From positions 54,821 to 118,820 of the forward strand of contig CAWAQE010000007.1 in NCBI GenBank assembly GCA_963784105.1: a stretch of DNA of 64,000 bases. Direction: 5' to 3'. Position numbers and translations under genes: made by a program. Source of the stretch: an uncultured Gammaproteobacteria bacterium. GTDB taxonomy: Bacteria > Pseudomonadota > Gammaproteobacteria > Steroidobacterales > Steroidobacteraceae. The notes under the pieces were generated by a model that saw nothing but the letters and a program-made list of their open reading frames with translations, was not told the DNA's origin and made no database searches. This document shows, piece after piece, positions 38,644 to 50,969 of the stretch. Each line of letters opens with the position of its first letter. The stretch's first letter is position 1.

Positions 38644-39854
38644 CGGTAATCCATGCCCATGGCTTGACGGACGGCGTCGAGAGTGTCGCGCGCCACGCCT
38701 CGCGCCCGCTCGCACCCTTCGGCGATGATACCGCGTACGAGTTCGGGATTCTCCTCGAACTCCTGCGCCCGTTTCGAGATGGCCGATATCTCCTCGACTA
38801 TTTTTTCGATCAGGGGCGCCTTGCATTCCAGACAGCCGATGCCCGCACTGCGGCAGCCCTGCTGCACCCACGCTCGAGTGTCTGCGTTTGAATACACTTT
38901 GTGCAAATCCCACACCGGGCATTTGTCGGGATCGCCGGGGTCGGTGCGGCGCACGCGGGCGGGATCGGTTTGCATCGCCTTGAGCTTCTTGACGACTGAG
39001 TCCGGCTCCTCGCGCAGGCCGATGGTGTTGCCGTAGGATTTCGACATCTTGCGCCCATCCAGTCCCGGCACTTTGGGGGTGGCGGTGAGCAGCACTTCGG
39101 GTTCGGGCAGGATGGCGATTCCGGTGCCTTCCAAGTAGCCGAACAGCCGGTCGCGGTCGGCCACGGTCAAACGGGCATTCGCTTCGACCAGCGCCCGTGC
39201 CTTGGCGAGCGCATCCGCGCTGCCCTTTTCCTGGAATTCCTTGCGCAGGCTGCGGTACATGGCCGAGTTGCGCGAGCCCAGGCTCTTGATCGCTTTCTCG
39301 ACCTTTTGCTCGAACTCAGGCTCGCGGCCGTAGATGTGATTGAAGCGCCTCGCCACCTCGCGCGTGATCTCCACGTGCGCGATCTGATCTTCGCCCACGG
39401 GCACGTACTGAGAGCGGTACATCAAAATATCCGCCGATTGCAGCAGGGGGTAGCCCAGAAAGCCGTAGGTGCTCAGGTCGCGGTCGGCGATCTGGGTTTG
39501 CTGATCCTTGAAGGACGGCACGCGCTCCAGCCAGCCCAAGGGCGTGATCATCGACAGCAGGAGGTGCAGTTCGGCATGTTCCGGCACCTTGGACTGTATG
39601 AACAGGGTGGCTACCCCGGGATTGAGGCCCGCCGCCAACCAGTCGATGGCCATGGTCCAGACATACTCCTCGAGCTTCGAGGTGTCCTCGTACCCCGTGG
39701 TCAACGCATGCCAGTCGGCAATGAAGAAATAGCATTCGTACTGGTACTGCAGCTCGATCCAGTTCTTGAGGGCGCCGTGGTAATTGCCGAGGTGCAGCTG
39801 GCCCGTGGGTCTCATGCCGGACAGCACGCGGCGGTTCTGTATGGGGCCGCTCAT
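38640..39854 (-). CDS. trpS: Tryptophan--tRNA ligase (long form)
   Basis: The ATG at 39854 gives MSGPIQNRRVLSGMRPTGQLHLGNYHGALKNW (HIGH-type motif). KMSKS is present (RKMSKSYGN). 404 aa. The ATG overlaps the upstream stop (ATGA). Confidence 0.93.
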   Translation of the reverse strand: MSGPIQNRRVLSGMRPTGQLHLGNYHGALKNWIELQYQYECYFFIADWHALTTGYEDTSKLEEYVWTMAIDWLAAGLNPGVATLFIQSKVPEHAELHLLLSMITPLGWLERVPSFKDQQTQIADRDLSTYGFLGYPLLQSADILMYRSQYVPVGEDQIAHVEITREVARRFNHIYGREPEFEQKVEKAIKSLGSRNSAMYRSLRKEFQEKGSADALAKARALVEANARLTVADRDRLFGYLEGTGIAILPEPEVLLTATPKVPGLDGRKMSKSYGNTIGLREEPDSVVKKLKAMQTDPARVRRTDPGDPDKCPVWDLHKVYSNADTRAWVQQGCRSAGIGCLECKAPLIEKIVEEISAISKRAQEFEENPELVRGIIAEGCERARGVARDTLDAVRQAMGMDYR

Positions 39855-40507
39855 GCGGAGCTGCCCAGCAGCTTCAAAATCACATGCCCGGTGGTGCGGT
39901 ACGCCGGATTGAACAGCCAGCCGAACAGACCGAAGGCCGACAGCCCAAGCACGATGAAGAGGCCCACTGGTTCGATTTTCTCCAAGCGAGCCCCCACCCG
40001 CGGCGGCAGCAGCCCGGTCAGCACTCGTCCGCCGTCCAGCGGCGGAATCGGCAGGAGATTGAAAATCGCCAGAACCACGTTGATCAAAATACCCGCCTGC
40101 GCCATGAGCGCGATCCATCTATCCAGCGTTTCATTGCCGTCCATGCGGGCGATCGCACCCAGCACCGCGCACCAGAACAACGCCATTAGAATATTCGCCG
40201 CCGGCCCCGCAAGGGCCACCAGAATCATGGCGCGGCGCGGATTGCGCAGCACGCCGGTTGCCACGGGCACGGGCTTCGCCCATCCGAACATGGGACCGCC
40301 CACGGCCAGCAACAGGCCCGGAACCAGCAATGTGCCGATCGGGTCGATGTGGCGCAACGGGTTCAAGCTCAAGCGCCCCAGCATCTCGGCGGTGCGGTCA
40401 CCGAAGTATCTGGCCGTCCATCCATGCGCGACTTCATGCAGGGTAATTGCAAAGAGTACCGGGATTGCGTAAATCGAAATCTTGTAAATAAATGCAAAAA
40501 GATCCAA
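39851..40507 (-). CDS. Site-2 protease (M50) family zinc metalloprotease
   Basis: 218 aa, polytopic. HEVAHG zinc motif near the N-terminus (AITLHEVAHGWTARYFGD), LNPLRHIDPIGT, and NLLPIPPLDGG. The start codon at 40507 is TTG, so the start is provisional. Confidence 0.8.
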   Translation of the reverse strand: MDLFAFIYKISIYAIPVLFAITLHEVAHGWTARYFGDRTAEMLGRLSLNPLRHIDPIGTLLVPGLLLAVGGPMFGWAKPVPVATGVLRNPRRAMILVALAGPAANILMALFWCAVLGAIARMDGNETLDRWIALMAQAGILINVVLAIFNLLPIPPLDGGRVLTGLLPPRVGARLEKIEPVGLFIVLGLSAFGLFGWLFNPAYRTTGHVILKLLGSSA

Positions 40508-40564
40508 TGGTTACACTCGTTATTTAAACTAAACACGAGCTCTATTGCCCGCATCGCGCCGGCA

Positions 40565-41200
40565 TTATACGTTTGCCGAGTCGGCAAAGGGGCTTACATC
40601 GCCTCGCCCGGTGCGCACCACGATGGCCCGGTCGCCGGACAGGTCGATGACCGAGGTGGGAGTCAGCCCGCAATTGCCGCCGTCGAGCACCAGATCGACG
40701 CTGTGTTCGAGCTTCTCATAAATATCCCTGGCGTCGGTGCGGGGCAGCTCCTCGCCGGGCAGAAGCAAGGTCGAGCTCATGACCGGTTCGCCAAGCTCGC
40801 GCAGCATCAGGGCCGTCACGGGATGATCCGGAACGCGCAGTCCAATGGTCCCCCGGCGCTCGTGCTTCAAGCGCCGCGGCGTCTCGCGCGAGGCCTTGAG
40901 CAGAAAAGTGTAGGCACCCGGCGTATGGGCGCGCAGCAGCCGGTACTGCCAATTGTCGACGATGGCGTACTTGCCGACCTCGGCCAGATCGCGGCATACC
41001 AGGGTAAAATGGTGGTTCCGGTCCGTTTGCCGGATGTCGCGAATGCGCTCCAGTGCGGCCTTATCGCCGATATGGCAGCCCAGCGCGTAACAGGAATCGG
41101 TGGGGTAGACGATCACTCCTCCGCCGCGCAGAACCTCGACAGCCTGACGCACGAAGCGCTGCTGCGGCGATACGGGATGCAGTTGCAGGTAGATGCTCAT
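40565..41200 (-). CDS. yciO: Sua5/YciO/YrdC-family (L-threonylcarbamoyladenylate synthase-like) protein
   Basis: 211 aa. ...AVEVLRGGGVIVYPTDSCYALGCHIGDKAALERIRDIRQ...HHFTLVC.DL......A...N..YRLL...TPG.YTF.L.A. Confidence 0.85.
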   Translation of the reverse strand: MSIYLQLHPVSPQQRFVRQAVEVLRGGGVIVYPTDSCYALGCHIGDKAALERIRDIRQTDRNHHFTLVCRDLAEVGKYAIVDNWQYRLLRAHTPGAYTFLLKASRETPRRLKHERRGTIGLRVPDHPVTALMLRELGEPVMSSTLLLPGEELPRTDARDIYEKLEHSVDLVLDGGNCGLTPTSVIDLSGDRAIVVRTGRGDVSPFADSANV

Positions 41201-41220
41201 TCGTCGGCTATGATACCCAT

Positions 41221-41781
41221 ATGAACCTACTCCTCGAATGGTCGCCGCTCATCGTTTTTTTCGCCGGATTCAAATGGCTGGGCATCTACTGGGCGACGGG
41301 CGCCTTGATGATCGCCTGCCTTTTGCAGCTGGTGGTGCACCGGCTGCGCTCCGGCGAGTTCAAGACCATGCATATCGTCACCACCGTGGTGGCGTTCGGG
41401 CTGGGCTCGGCCACTCTGCTGCTGCACGACAGCCGCTTCATTCAGTGGAAACCGACCGTGCTGCTGGCACTGGCTTCGGCCGCCTTCCTCGGCAGCATGT
41501 TCATCGGCAAGCAGCCTTTTGCGCGGCGCATGCTGGAATCGGTGTTCAACGAGCCGTTGAACATTTCGACGCGCACCTGGCTTCTGATCAACTGCCTCTG
41601 GGCGGGCTGGCTCGCCCTTCTGGCGGCGGCGAATATCTACGTGGCGCACAACTTCGATGAGAGCATCTGGGTCAATTTCAAGGTTTTCGGCATTACCGTG
41701 GCCATGATGATATTCATGGTGCCGCAGGTGTTCTGGCTGAGCGGCAAGACCAAGGCCGCGCAATCCAGGGCTGAGCCATGA
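41221..41781 (+). CDS. yciB: Intracellular septation protein A
   Basis: The ATG at 41221 gives MNLLLEWSPLIVFFAGFKWLGIYWATGALMIA.... 186-aa membrane protein with ...IQWKPTVL..., typical of YciB. It is divergent from yciO with only a 20-bp spacer. Confidence 0.88.
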   Translation: MNLLLEWSPLIVFFAGFKWLGIYWATGALMIACLLQLVVHRLRSGEFKTMHIVTTVVAFGLGSATLLLHDSRFIQWKPTVLLALASAAFLGSMFIGKQPFARRMLESVFNEPLNISTRTWLLINCLWAGWLALLAAANIYVAHNFDESIWVNFKVFGITVAMMIFMVPQVFWLSGKTKAAQSRAEP

Positions 41782-42050
41782 GCGGGACGGGATCGGACCG
41801 CGAACAGCGCCTGCGCAGCCGCCTCGAGGCCCGTTTTGCGCCCACGCGCCTGCTCATCGAGGACCAGAGTCACCTCCACGCCGGCCACGCCGGAGCCGCG
41901 GGCGGACACAGTCATTTCCGCGTAACAATCGTGGCTGAGGCCTTCCGCGGGGTCTCCCCGGTGGCGCGCCATCGGCTTGTCTACGCCGCCGTCGATGACC
42001 TGCTGAAGACCGACATCCACGCCCTGGCCATCGAGGCGTCGCCCCCTTGA
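41778..42050 (+). CDS. BolA-family protein
   Basis: 90 aa. ...RLLIEDQSHLHAGHAGA..GGHSHFRVTIVAEAFRGVSPVARHRLVYAAVDDLL...IHALAIEA. The ATG overlaps the yciB stop (ATGA). Confidence 0.85.
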   Translation: MSGTGSDREQRLRSRLEARFAPTRLLIEDQSHLHAGHAGAAGGHSHFRVTIVAEAFRGVSPVARHRLVYAAVDDLLKTDIHALAIEASPP

Positions 42051-42170
42051 GGCATGACCTGCCGGCACAAATGCACGGATAATTGGGAAGATTGCGCCGT
42101 AAAGGCTAAACTGCCGCCCCCGGGCGCGGCGCATGTGGCCAATCGCCTTTTTCGTGTGTAGAGGAACCAA

Positions 42171-43004
42171 ATGACGCAATTTTTCAGTACACAGTGGACC
42201 CGCGTGTCCACCGTGGCCGCAATTACCCTACTGCTGACGGCCTGCGGCAAGGGACAGCAGCCGGCGGCCCCCGCGGCCGGCGACAAGTCGGCTTCGCCTC
42301 CGGTCGCCATCGTCGACGGCACGCCCATCTCGCATGATGCCTTCGACGATTACCTGAAGGGTCTGCTGCGCGGCAAGCCGGAGAGCGACGTGACCGCTGA
42401 GGAGAAGAACCAGGTTCTCGACCAGATGATCAATATGCAGCTCATCGCGGCGCAGGCCGAGAAAGACGGATTGCAGAACGATCCGGAAGTCGCCACCCGC
42501 ATCGCTCTTCTGCGCACGCAGATTCTGGCGGACGCCGCCGCGCAGAAGTATGTGAAGAGCCACGAGCCCTCCGACCAGGAACTGCATGCCGCGTACGACG
42601 CCGCGACGGACAAGACGGAGTATCACGCCGAGCACATCCTGGTGCCCAGCAAGGAAAAGGCCGATCAGCTCATCAAGAAAATCAAGGCCGGGGCGAAATT
42701 TGAAGACGTCGCGAAAGCCGAATCCACGGACAGTTCGAAGGCGAATGGCGGCGATCTTGGCTGGTTCACGACGGCGCGCATGGTCAAGCCCTTCGGAGAT
42801 GCCGTCAAAGGCCTGAAGAAAGGCGAGATGACCTCCGATCCGGTCCAGACTCAGTATGGCTGGCACATCATCAAGCTGGAAGATACCCGCGATGCGCCCT
42901 TCGACCAAATGAAGGCCCAGCTGACCAACGGCATCATGCAGAAGAAATTTCAGGAATATCTGGAGGGCCTGAAGAAGACCGCCAAGATCGAAAAGAAACT
43001 CTGA
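42171..43004 (+). CDS. Parvulin-type peptidyl-prolyl cis-trans isomerase lipoprotein (PpiC/SurA-like)
   Basis: 277 aa. Lipobox LLLTAC/G. The chaperone-like N-terminal region is followed by the parvulin domain EYHAEHILVPSKEKADQLIKKIKAGAKFEDVAKAESTDSSKANGGDLGWF....MVKPFGDAV..LKKGEMT..PVQTQYGWHIIKLEDTR. Confidence 0.85.
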   Translation: MTQFFSTQWTRVSTVAAITLLLTACGKGQQPAAPAAGDKSASPPVAIVDGTPISHDAFDDYLKGLLRGKPESDVTAEEKNQVLDQMINMQLIAAQAEKDGLQNDPEVATRIALLRTQILADAAAQKYVKSHEPSDQELHAAYDAATDKTEYHAEHILVPSKEKADQLIKKIKAGAKFEDVAKAESTDSSKANGGDLGWFTTARMVKPFGDAVKGLKKGEMTSDPVQTQYGWHIIKLEDTRDAPFDQMKAQLTNGIMQKKFQEYLEGLKKTAKIEKKL

Positions 43005-43016
43005 GGATAGTTTGCG

Positions 43017-45998
<2,982 letters not shown>

Positions 45999-46008
45999 GC
46001 GCGTGCGC

Positions 46009-49000
46009 CTACATCGCCGCCATGCGCACGGCCTCATCCACATCCACCGCCACCAAGCGCGACACTCCCGGCTCATTCATGGTGACACCGACCAGCTGCG
46101 CCGCAAGTTCCATGGTGCTCTTGTTGTGCGTGATGAAAATGAATTGCACATTGCGTGACATCTCGCGCACGATGTCGCAGAAGCGGCCGACGTTGTTTTC
46201 GTCGAGCGGCGCATCGACCTCGTCCAGCAGACAGAACGGCGCAGGGTTCAAATCGAATATGGCGAACACCAGCGCCACGGCCGTCAGCGCTTTCTCGCCG
46301 CCCGAGAGCTGGCTGATGGTGCTGTTGCGCTTGCCCGGCGGGCGCGCCATGACGGATACGCCGGCCGCGGCGCCCTCTTCGCCGGTGAGTTCCAGGTAGG
46401 CATGCCCGCCGCCGAACAGCCGCGGGAATTTCTCCTTGAGGCCGGCGTTCACCCTGTCGAAGGTATCCTGGAAGCGCGTGCGCGTCTCCCGGTCGATCTT
46501 GCGCATCGCCGACTCGAGGGTCTCCAGGGCGTCTGTCAGGTCCTTGCACTGCCGATCCAAGTACTCCTTGCGTTCCGACTGCTCCTTGAATTCCCCGATG
46601 GCTGCAAGATTGACCTGGCCCAAGCGCTCGATCTTGCCCTTGGTCTCCTCCAGCTGCGACTCCCAGGCCTGCACCGTGGCTTCCGCCGCCAGTTGTCCGA
46701 GCAGCACGGCAAGCTCGAAGTTCGTCGCAGCGAGCTGCTCCGCGACACTCTCGCGGCGTACACGCACTTGCGAAGCGGCCAGGCGCGCCTCATCCAGACT
46801 TGCGCGCGCCGCTTCGACCTGCTGCTCGACGGCCGCGCGCCCGGAATCGCGGTCCCGCAGCTGCGCGTCCAATTCTTCGCTCGCGATTCTCGCGGCATGC
46901 AGCTCGGCATCGATTTCGGCTCGTATGCGCAGCGACTGTTCGAGCTGGGTCTGCGCGGCCGCAAGCGGCGTTTCACCCTCCGCGAGCTGGCCGGCCAGCT
47001 CGTTGCGGCGCGTTTCCAGAGCTTCGAGCTGCTTTTCGATTCGAGACAGCGTCGTCGTCAGGGAGGCGTGCGACGAGCGCCGCGACTCCACCTGCAGGGC
47101 CAGTTCCCGAGCCAGCTGCTGGGCCGTCTGCGCCGCCGCGCGGGCCGTGCCGAGGTCGGCGCGCATGCGGTCGCGTTCTTCCTCGAGATCCACCCGCTTG
47201 GGCTCGAGAGCCGCCAATTCGTCGATGGCGGCCTCCATGCGGCCGCGCGCGGCGCGTAAATCCGTTTCGGCGCGCTCGAGTTCGGCGCGCACGTCCGCCA
47301 GGCCGGTTTCGAGCTGCGACAGGCGCCGCGCCGCGTCCAGGTTGCGCGCCTGCGCGGAATCGAATTCCGCGCGCCGGTCGACGTGTTCGCGATGCAGGCG
47401 GTTGACGTCCGCCTGGAAGTGGTCGCGCCGGTCTTCGAGGTCGCGGACCCGCTCGCGCGTGAGTTCCAGGCGATGCTCGAGATCCTTGACCTCCTCGGCG
47501 AGCCCGCCCAATTGCGCGCGGATCTCGCGCAAGGTCTCTTCGCGCTCGATCACGCCGGTGTGCGGATCGGCGGCGCGCGAAATTCGCAGCCAGTCCGATC
47601 CCAGCCATATGCCGTCGCGGGTCACCACCGACTCGCCCGCCGCCAGGTGACGTCTGCGTCCAAGCGCCTCGTTCAAGGTTTCGGCGGTGAACACGGACGA
47701 CAGCACCGAGCCCAGCACGGTGGCACCCTGCACTTTCGCCTGCAGCGAGTCGGAGCCGCCGGGCGCGGCCGACGCCCCAGCCGTGCTGACGACGGCCAAG
47801 TGCCCGCCGTCGAAGCTCGCGAGCAAATCAGTGACGCTGTCCAGGCCGTCGACGCACACCGCCTCGAGGTAGGAACCGAGCACGGTTTCAACGGCGCGCT
47901 GCCAGCCTCGATCGACGCGCAGCTGCTGCGCGACGCGCGGCTGGCCATCCAAGGATTTGGATTTCAGCCATTCGGTCACCTTGCCGGAGGCTTTGCCCAG
48001 CGCCGCCGCCTGCAAAGCTTCGGTCGACACCTGCGTGCCCAGCGCCTGCTGCCAGCGCGTACGCAGGGCGTTCAGCGCCTGCGACTGCTCACGCTCCCGA
48101 TCTCTCGTGGCCGAAATCTCCGCCAGCAGCTCTTGGAGCTCCGCCGCGGCCCTTTCGCCCGCATCGCGGGCCAACGCCGCCTTGTTCTCCAGCGTTTCCA
48201 GCGCAATCGCCGGCTGCAGTTGGATCAGCGTGGCGCGCTCGCTCTCTTGGCGCTCCTGCTGCTGCAACAGCCTCCGCTGCTGGCTCTCCAGTTGTTCTAT
48301 GCGCGCGCGTTCGACTCCGGTCTCGCGCTGGCCGAGCGCCACGGCTTGCGCGTGCGCATCCCAGGTGTGCTGCCATGCCGCAAGCGCCTGCTCGCAGCCC
48401 TGCAGTGCCTGCGCAGTGCGAAGCTCCTCGGCGTGCGCCGCGTCGAGGCCGGGAACCATGGTCGCCAATTCCTGCGACAGCAATTCCAGCTGGCCGCGGT
48501 CGCGCTGCAGGACTCCGCCCAGTTCGGCGACCTGGGTCTCGGCCTGCTCCAAGTCGGCGCGCTGCCGCTGGCGCATCTCGCGGGTGAATTGAATGCCTTG
48601 TTCGATTCGGGTCACCTCGGCCCCCGCCTCGTAGAAACGGGTCTGAATCCCTCCCAGCACATCGGCTTTCGACGCTTGATCTGCGCGAATCCTCTCGATC
48701 TGCGCTTCGACTTCCCGCAGATCCGCCAGCACCGCGTGCATGGCCGTCTCGCAGCTCGAGGTCGCCGCATCGCGCACTTGCGCCTCCGCGTCCAGGCTCT
48801 GCATGCGCAAGGCGAGCAGTTCGGCCTGCAGCTTGCGTTCCTCTTCCTTCAGCGCCTGATAGCGCCGTGCCGTCGCGGCTTGGCGTTGCAGATGGCGGAT
48901 CTGCTTCTCCACTTCTTCGCGCAGATCGTTCAGCCGGTCCAGATTCTCGCGGGTATGGCCGATCCGATTTTCGGTTTCGCGGCGCCGCTCCTTGTAGCGG

Positions 49001-49512
49001 GAGATGCCCGCGGCTTCCTCCAGGAATGCGCGCAGATCGTCCGGCCGCGCCTCGATGACGCGCGAAATCATGCCCTGCTCGATGATGGCGTAGCTGCGCG
49101 TGCCGAGTCCGGTCCCGAGGAACAGCTGGGTGATGTCCTTGCGGCGCACCTTGGTGCCGTTGATGTAGTAGTCGGAGTTGCCGTCGCGGCTCACGGAACG
49201 GCGCAGCGCGACCTCGTTGTAGGCGGCGTACTCTCCGCCGATCTTGCCGTCGGAATTGTCGAACACCAGCTCGACCGATGCGGCGCCCAGGGGCTTGCGC
49301 GCGGCGGAGCCGTTGAAAATGACGTCCGCCATGGATTCGCCGCGCAAGTGCTTCGCGGAAATCTCGCCCATCACCCAGCGCACCGCGTCGATGATGTTGG
49401 ATTTGCCGCATCCGTTCGGTCCCACGACCCCCGTCAGGCTGCTCGGAAAGGTGACGGTGGTCGGATCGACGAAGGATTTGAAGCCGGCGATCTTGAGTTT
49501 CGTTAAGCGCAT
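46009..49512 (-). CDS. smc: Chromosome segregation protein SMC
   Basis: 1167 aa. MRLTKLKIAGFKSFVDPTTVTFPSSLTGVVGPNGCGKSNIIDAVRWVMGE (Walker A), long coiled coils, a hinge, and C-terminal LSGGEKALTAVALVFAIF...PFCLLDEVDAPLD. Confidence 0.95.
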   Translation of the reverse strand: MRLTKLKIAGFKSFVDPTTVTFPSSLTGVVGPNGCGKSNIIDAVRWVMGEISAKHLRGESMADVIFNGSAARKPLGAASVELVFDNSDGKIGGEYAAYNEVALRRSVSRDGNSDYYINGTKVRRKDITQLFLGTGLGTRSYAIIEQGMISRVIEARPDDLRAFLEEAAGISRYKERRRETENRIGHTRENLDRLNDLREEVEKQIRHLQRQAATARRYQALKEEERKLQAELLALRMQSLDAEAQVRDAATSSCETAMHAVLADLREVEAQIERIRADQASKADVLGGIQTRFYEAGAEVTRIEQGIQFTREMRQRQRADLEQAETQVAELGGVLQRDRGQLELLSQELATMVPGLDAAHAEELRTAQALQGCEQALAAWQHTWDAHAQAVALGQRETGVERARIEQLESQQRRLLQQQERQESERATLIQLQPAIALETLENKAALARDAGERAAAELQELLAEISATRDREREQSQALNALRTRWQQALGTQVSTEALQAAALGKASGKVTEWLKSKSLDGQPRVAQQLRVDRGWQRAVETVLGSYLEAVCVDGLDSVTDLLASFDGGHLAVVSTAGASAAPGGSDSLQAKVQGATVLGSVLSSVFTAETLNEALGRRRHLAAGESVVTRDGIWLGSDWLRISRAADPHTGVIEREETLREIRAQLGGLAEEVKDLEHRLELTRERVRDLEDRRDHFQADVNRLHREHVDRRAEFDSAQARNLDAARRLSQLETGLADVRAELERAETDLRAARGRMEAAIDELAALEPKRVDLEEERDRMRADLGTARAAAQTAQQLARELALQVESRRSSHASLTTTLSRIEKQLEALETRRNELAGQLAEGETPLAAAQTQLEQSLRIRAEIDAELHAARIASEELDAQLRDRDSGRAAVEQQVEAARASLDEARLAASQVRVRRESVAEQLAATNFELAVLLGQLAAEATVQAWESQLEETKGKIERLGQVNLAAIGEFKEQSERKEYLDRQCKDLTDALETLESAMRKIDRETRTRFQDTFDRVNAGLKEKFPRLFGGGHAYLELTGEEGAAAGVSVMARPPGKRNSTISQLSGGEKALTAVALVFAIFDLNPAPFCLLDEVDAPLDENNVGRFCDIVREMSRNVQFIFITHNKSTMELAAQLVGVTMNEPGVSRLVAVDVDEAVRMAAM

Positions 49513-49609
49513 TATTTGGGTGAACCTAGGCGCGTGGCCGTCGATGAGGCGCGTAGTGTAAAGTAAACGTCACTTTCGTAAACCCCCGGCCATCCCGCCG
49601 CATCCGCCC

Positions 49610-49996
49610 ATGACCGAACCCGGCACCCAATTGGAAATTTTTGCAAATCCCGCCCCCGAGCGGGACTACACCATACGCATGACCATTCCGGAGTTTAGCT
49701 GCCTATGCCCAAAAACGGGACAGCCGGATTTCGCCACGCTCAAGCTGGAATACGTGCCCGACGAGCGCTGCGTCGAGCTCAAGTCCCTGAAGCTCTACAT
49801 CTGGTCCTTCCGCAGCCGGGGCGCTTTTCACGAGGCCGTGACCAATGAAATATTGGGCGACCTGGTGAGGGCAACCTCGCCTCGTTTCATGCGGCTTTTG
49901 GCGGAATTCAACGTTCGAGGCGGGATCTACACCACTGTGGCGGCGGAGTATCGGCAGCCGGGCTGGAGCTCGCCGGCCCCCATTGTCCTGCCCTAG
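49610..49996 (+). CDS. queF: NADPH-dependent 7-cyano-7-deazaguanine reductase (type I, unimodular)
   Basis: 128 aa. ...[56 protein letters not shown]..., with the catalytic Cys and QueF motif. Confidence 0.9.
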   Translation: MTEPGTQLEIFANPAPERDYTIRMTIPEFSCLCPKTGQPDFATLKLEYVPDERCVELKSLKLYIWSFRSRGAFHEAVTNEILGDLVRATSPRFMRLLAEFNVRGGIYTTVAAEYRQPGWSSPAPIVLP

Positions 49997-50087
49997 GGCG
50001 GCGCGCACACACCCTCCCCACCCCCTCCCCGGGGTTTTGCTTCCCAATCATAGGCTTATACAGGCGAAATATGTTGCCTCAGTGGCC

Positions 50088-50115
50088 TGTACAGGCCTGA
50101 TTGCGTCGGTATAAT
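50088..50115 (+). promoter_or_regulatory. Putative sigma70 promoter of dksA
   Basis: Perfect TATAAT at 50110-50115. TGTACA (4/6 to TTGACA) lies 16 nt upstream. AGGAGG at 50132-50137 sits 12 nt before the ATG. The -35 element is embedded in a 14-bp perfect palindrome ggcctgtacaggcc (50084-50097). Confidence 0.45.
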
Positions 50116-50149
50116 CGCGCGCTCTTTCGTTAGGAGGCGGAGACTTCAA

Positions 50150-50959
50150 ATGCCCTCGAAGAAACCCAATAAAGCGGCTAAGCGGCCAGGTAAGGCGACA
50201 TCCAAGAAAGCGACTCACAAAGCAGCCGCCCCTAAAAAGGCGGCTCGGCCGCCAGCGAAAGCTAAGCCATCGCCTGCCACATCGAAGGTAACAGTGAAAC
50301 CCAACAAGCCAGTTCTTAAACCCGCGATCGCGAAACCCGCGCTCGCAAAATCCGCGCCGGCGAAGCCCGCGGCGGCGAAAGTGCCGCGCGCGAAACCGGA
50401 ACCAGTCAGCATCCACAGCGAAAAGGTTGCTCCGATCAAATTCGATACCCGCCCTCTCGTGATGAACCGCGTGCCGCAAAACGACGAGGACGGCGACGCA
50501 GAATCGGCCGGCTCCGCCAGCTTGCTGGCAGGCCCGCGCAATGTGAAGCCGTACATCGCCCGCCGCGGCGAGCAGTACATGAACAAGGAACAGCTGGAGC
50601 ATTTCGCCCGGATATTGCAGAGCTGGAAGCGCGACCTGATGGTCGAAGTGGACCGCACCGTCCTGCACATGAAGGACGAGGCGGCCAACTTCCCCGACCC
50701 GAACGATCGAGCCACCCAAGAAGAGGAATTCAGCCTGGAGCTGCGCACGCGCGACCGCGAGCGAAAGCTGATCCGGAAAATAGACGAGGCGCTGAAGCGC
50801 ATCGAAGACGGTTCGTACGGCTACTGCCTGGAGACAGGCGAGGAAATCGGCATCAAGCGATTGGAAGCGAGGCCCGTCGCCACCCTGTCGGTGGAAGCCC
50901 AGGAGCGTCGCGAACGTCGCGAAAAGCAGTACGGCGACCGCGACGACCGCTACCGCTAA
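50150..50959 (+). CDS. dksA: RNA polymerase-binding transcription factor DksA with about 120-aa Lys/Ala/Pro-rich N-terminal extension and no Cys4 zinc finger
   Basis: 269 aa. Residues from about 125 onward are colinear with DksA: YMNKEQLEHFARILQSWKRDLMVEVDRTVLHMKDEAANFPDPNDRATQEEEFSLELRTRDRERKLIRKIDEALKRIEDGSYGYCLETGEEIGIKRLEARPVATLSVEAQERRE. The N-terminus is KKPNKAAKRPGKATSKKATHKAAAPKKAARPPAKAKP...KPAIAKPALAKSAPAKPAAAKVPRAKPEP. Confidence 0.88.
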   Translation: MPSKKPNKAAKRPGKATSKKATHKAAAPKKAARPPAKAKPSPATSKVTVKPNKPVLKPAIAKPALAKSAPAKPAAAKVPRAKPEPVSIHSEKVAPIKFDTRPLVMNRVPQNDEDGDAESAGSASLLAGPRNVKPYIARRGEQYMNKEQLEHFARILQSWKRDLMVEVDRTVLHMKDEAANFPDPNDRATQEEEFSLELRTRDRERKLIRKIDEALKRIEDGSYGYCLETGEEIGIKRLEARPVATLSVEAQERRERREKQYGDRDDRYR

Positions 50960-50969
50960 AACGCCGCCT

